Source of the DNA: the human T2T-CHM13v2.0 reference genome, Homo sapiens
Reading direction: 5' to 3' (one strand)
NCBI RefSeq assembly: GCF_009914755.1
Contig: NC_060925.1
DNA: 64,000 bases
Part shown: positions 62,480 through 64,000 of the stretch, in pieces
Position numbering within the stretch: position 1 is the first letter of the stretch
Layout: every line of letters starts with the position of its first letter
The notes under the pieces: generated by a model
Seen by the model: the letters and a program-made list of their open reading frames with translations, nothing else
Told to the model about the DNA's origin: nothing
The model's database searches: none
Program-made: the position numbers and the translations under genes

Positions 62480-63800
62480 TTTTTAACAGCTTTATTGACT
62501 TATAATTGATATATAATAAATTGCACATAAAGTTCATAATTTGATGAGTTTTGACCTATGTATACATCTGTGAAATCATCACCAGAATGACATAATGAAC
62601 ATATCACTCCAAATGTTTCCTTGTGCGCCTTTGTATTTTCTCTCTCCTGCTCCTCCTCCACCCACCTCTTGTCCCCAGGCAACCACTGACCTCTTTTCTG
62701 TCACTGAACATCTGTTTGTGTTTTACAGAATTTAAATACGTGGGTTCATACAGGATGTATATTTCTTTGTCTGGCTTCTTTCAGTTAGTATAATTACCTA
62801 GAGATTCATACATGTTGTGTATATCACTAGTTCATTCCTTTTTATTGCTGGGTAGTATTCTATTATATGCATATAATATCTTCTGTTTATCTCTTCACTT
62901 GTTGACGGACATTTAGGATGTATCTGATTTTTTGGCTATTGCAAACAAGGCTGCTATGTACATTTGTATACAAGTTTTTGTGTGAACATATGATTTTACA
63001 TTTCTCTTGGGTGCATATCTAGAAGTGGGATGGGTAGATCATTGTATATGTGTGTATGCATGTTTTCAAGAAACTGCCAAGCTGTTTTCCAAAATGGTTG
63101 TACTATTTTATATTCTCACTAGCAATGTGGCAATGTAAAATCTCCATATCTCTCACCAGCACTTGGTATGGTTGGTCTTTTTATTTTCCAACATTCTAAG
63201 AGATATGTAGTAGCACTTCCCTAGTGATTAAGGATATCAAGCATTTTTTCATGTGCTCATTTGCCAACAATAAATCTTTGAATGGAAGTTATCTGTTCAA
63301 ACCTTTGACCTATTTAGTTGTTTCCTTACTATTCAATTTTAAAGAGTTATTTATATATTCTGGATATAAGTATTTTACCAAACATATAATTTGCAGATAT
63401 TTTCTCCCAGTCTAAGGCTTGTTTTTTTATTCTCCTAACAGAGTCTTTGAAGAGCAGAAGCTTGCAATTTTAACTTTCTATTTATCAATTTGTTCTTTTA
63501 CACAGCATGGTTTTGGTGTTGTATTCTTTCCTTTGGGAACTTCAGTTGCATATGTATTAGGTAACTTGAAGCTGTCCCACAGCTTATTGATTTTTTAAAC
63601 ATTTAATTTTCTGTGTGTTTCATTTTGGATAGTTACTATTGTCATGTCTTCAAGTTTACTAATCTTTTAAAAAATAATTCTTTTGTTGTTAATTCTATCT
63701 TGAGTATTTTTCATCTCAGATATGGTGGTTTTCATCTCTTGTGGTTCAATTTTGGATATACATATATATATATATTCTCTGTAACTCTAGATAAGTTGTA
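62480..63800 (-). mobile_element. L1MC/L1MD fragments (3' end, then ORF1-like region)
   Basis: cagctttattga...ataattg...ccccaggcaaccactga...gagattcatacatgttg...gtctttgaagagcagaag; after about 63525 switches to ORF1-like tatgtattaggtaacttgaagctgtcccacagc. Confidence 0.8.
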
Positions 63801-64000
63801 CTATTTCTTCCAGCTTGATGAACCTATGGAATACAGGTGATTTTGATGCACAGCCTAGCGAAGAATCACTCACTCTGCTGTAACTCATAGGTAATTTCAA
63901 GAGTACAATGACCAAAGTCATTACCTTTCAACTATAAGAAACAGAATAAAAGAGGAAAAAGGACACGTGAGGATTGAGGTCCTATTTCATGACGTAGGGT

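Overview
Primate (most likely human) non-coding genomic DNA, AT-rich and dominated by transposable elements. I found no intact protein-coding gene or recognisable host exon. The only recognisable ORFs in the track are decayed LINE-1 ORF1/ORF2 and Tigger1 transposase fragments; the rest are Alu-derived or chance ORFs. The most informative region is 3.5-11.8 kb. There, an old L1M hosts a minus-strand, polyadenylated U6 snRNA retrocopy. A near full-length L1PA6/7 inserted into that retrocopy at its tail junction, separating the U6 body (10853-10952) from its tail (4844-4882) by about 6 kb. The 5'UTR of that L1 has its intron precisely removed (a 97-nt exon 1 joined to the '622' acceptor), which makes it a Spliced Integrated Retrotransposed Element (SpIRE), and it was later hit by an AluY. 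The rest of the window contains a near-complete Tigger1, 11 Alus in total (several structurally odd), solo LTRs with visible TSDs, MIR/L2/L1M relics, microsatellites and some candidate regulatory and splicing motifs. I see no evidence for a wholly new biological system. Subfamily names come from remembered consensus sequences and need RepeatMasker/Dfam confirmation.
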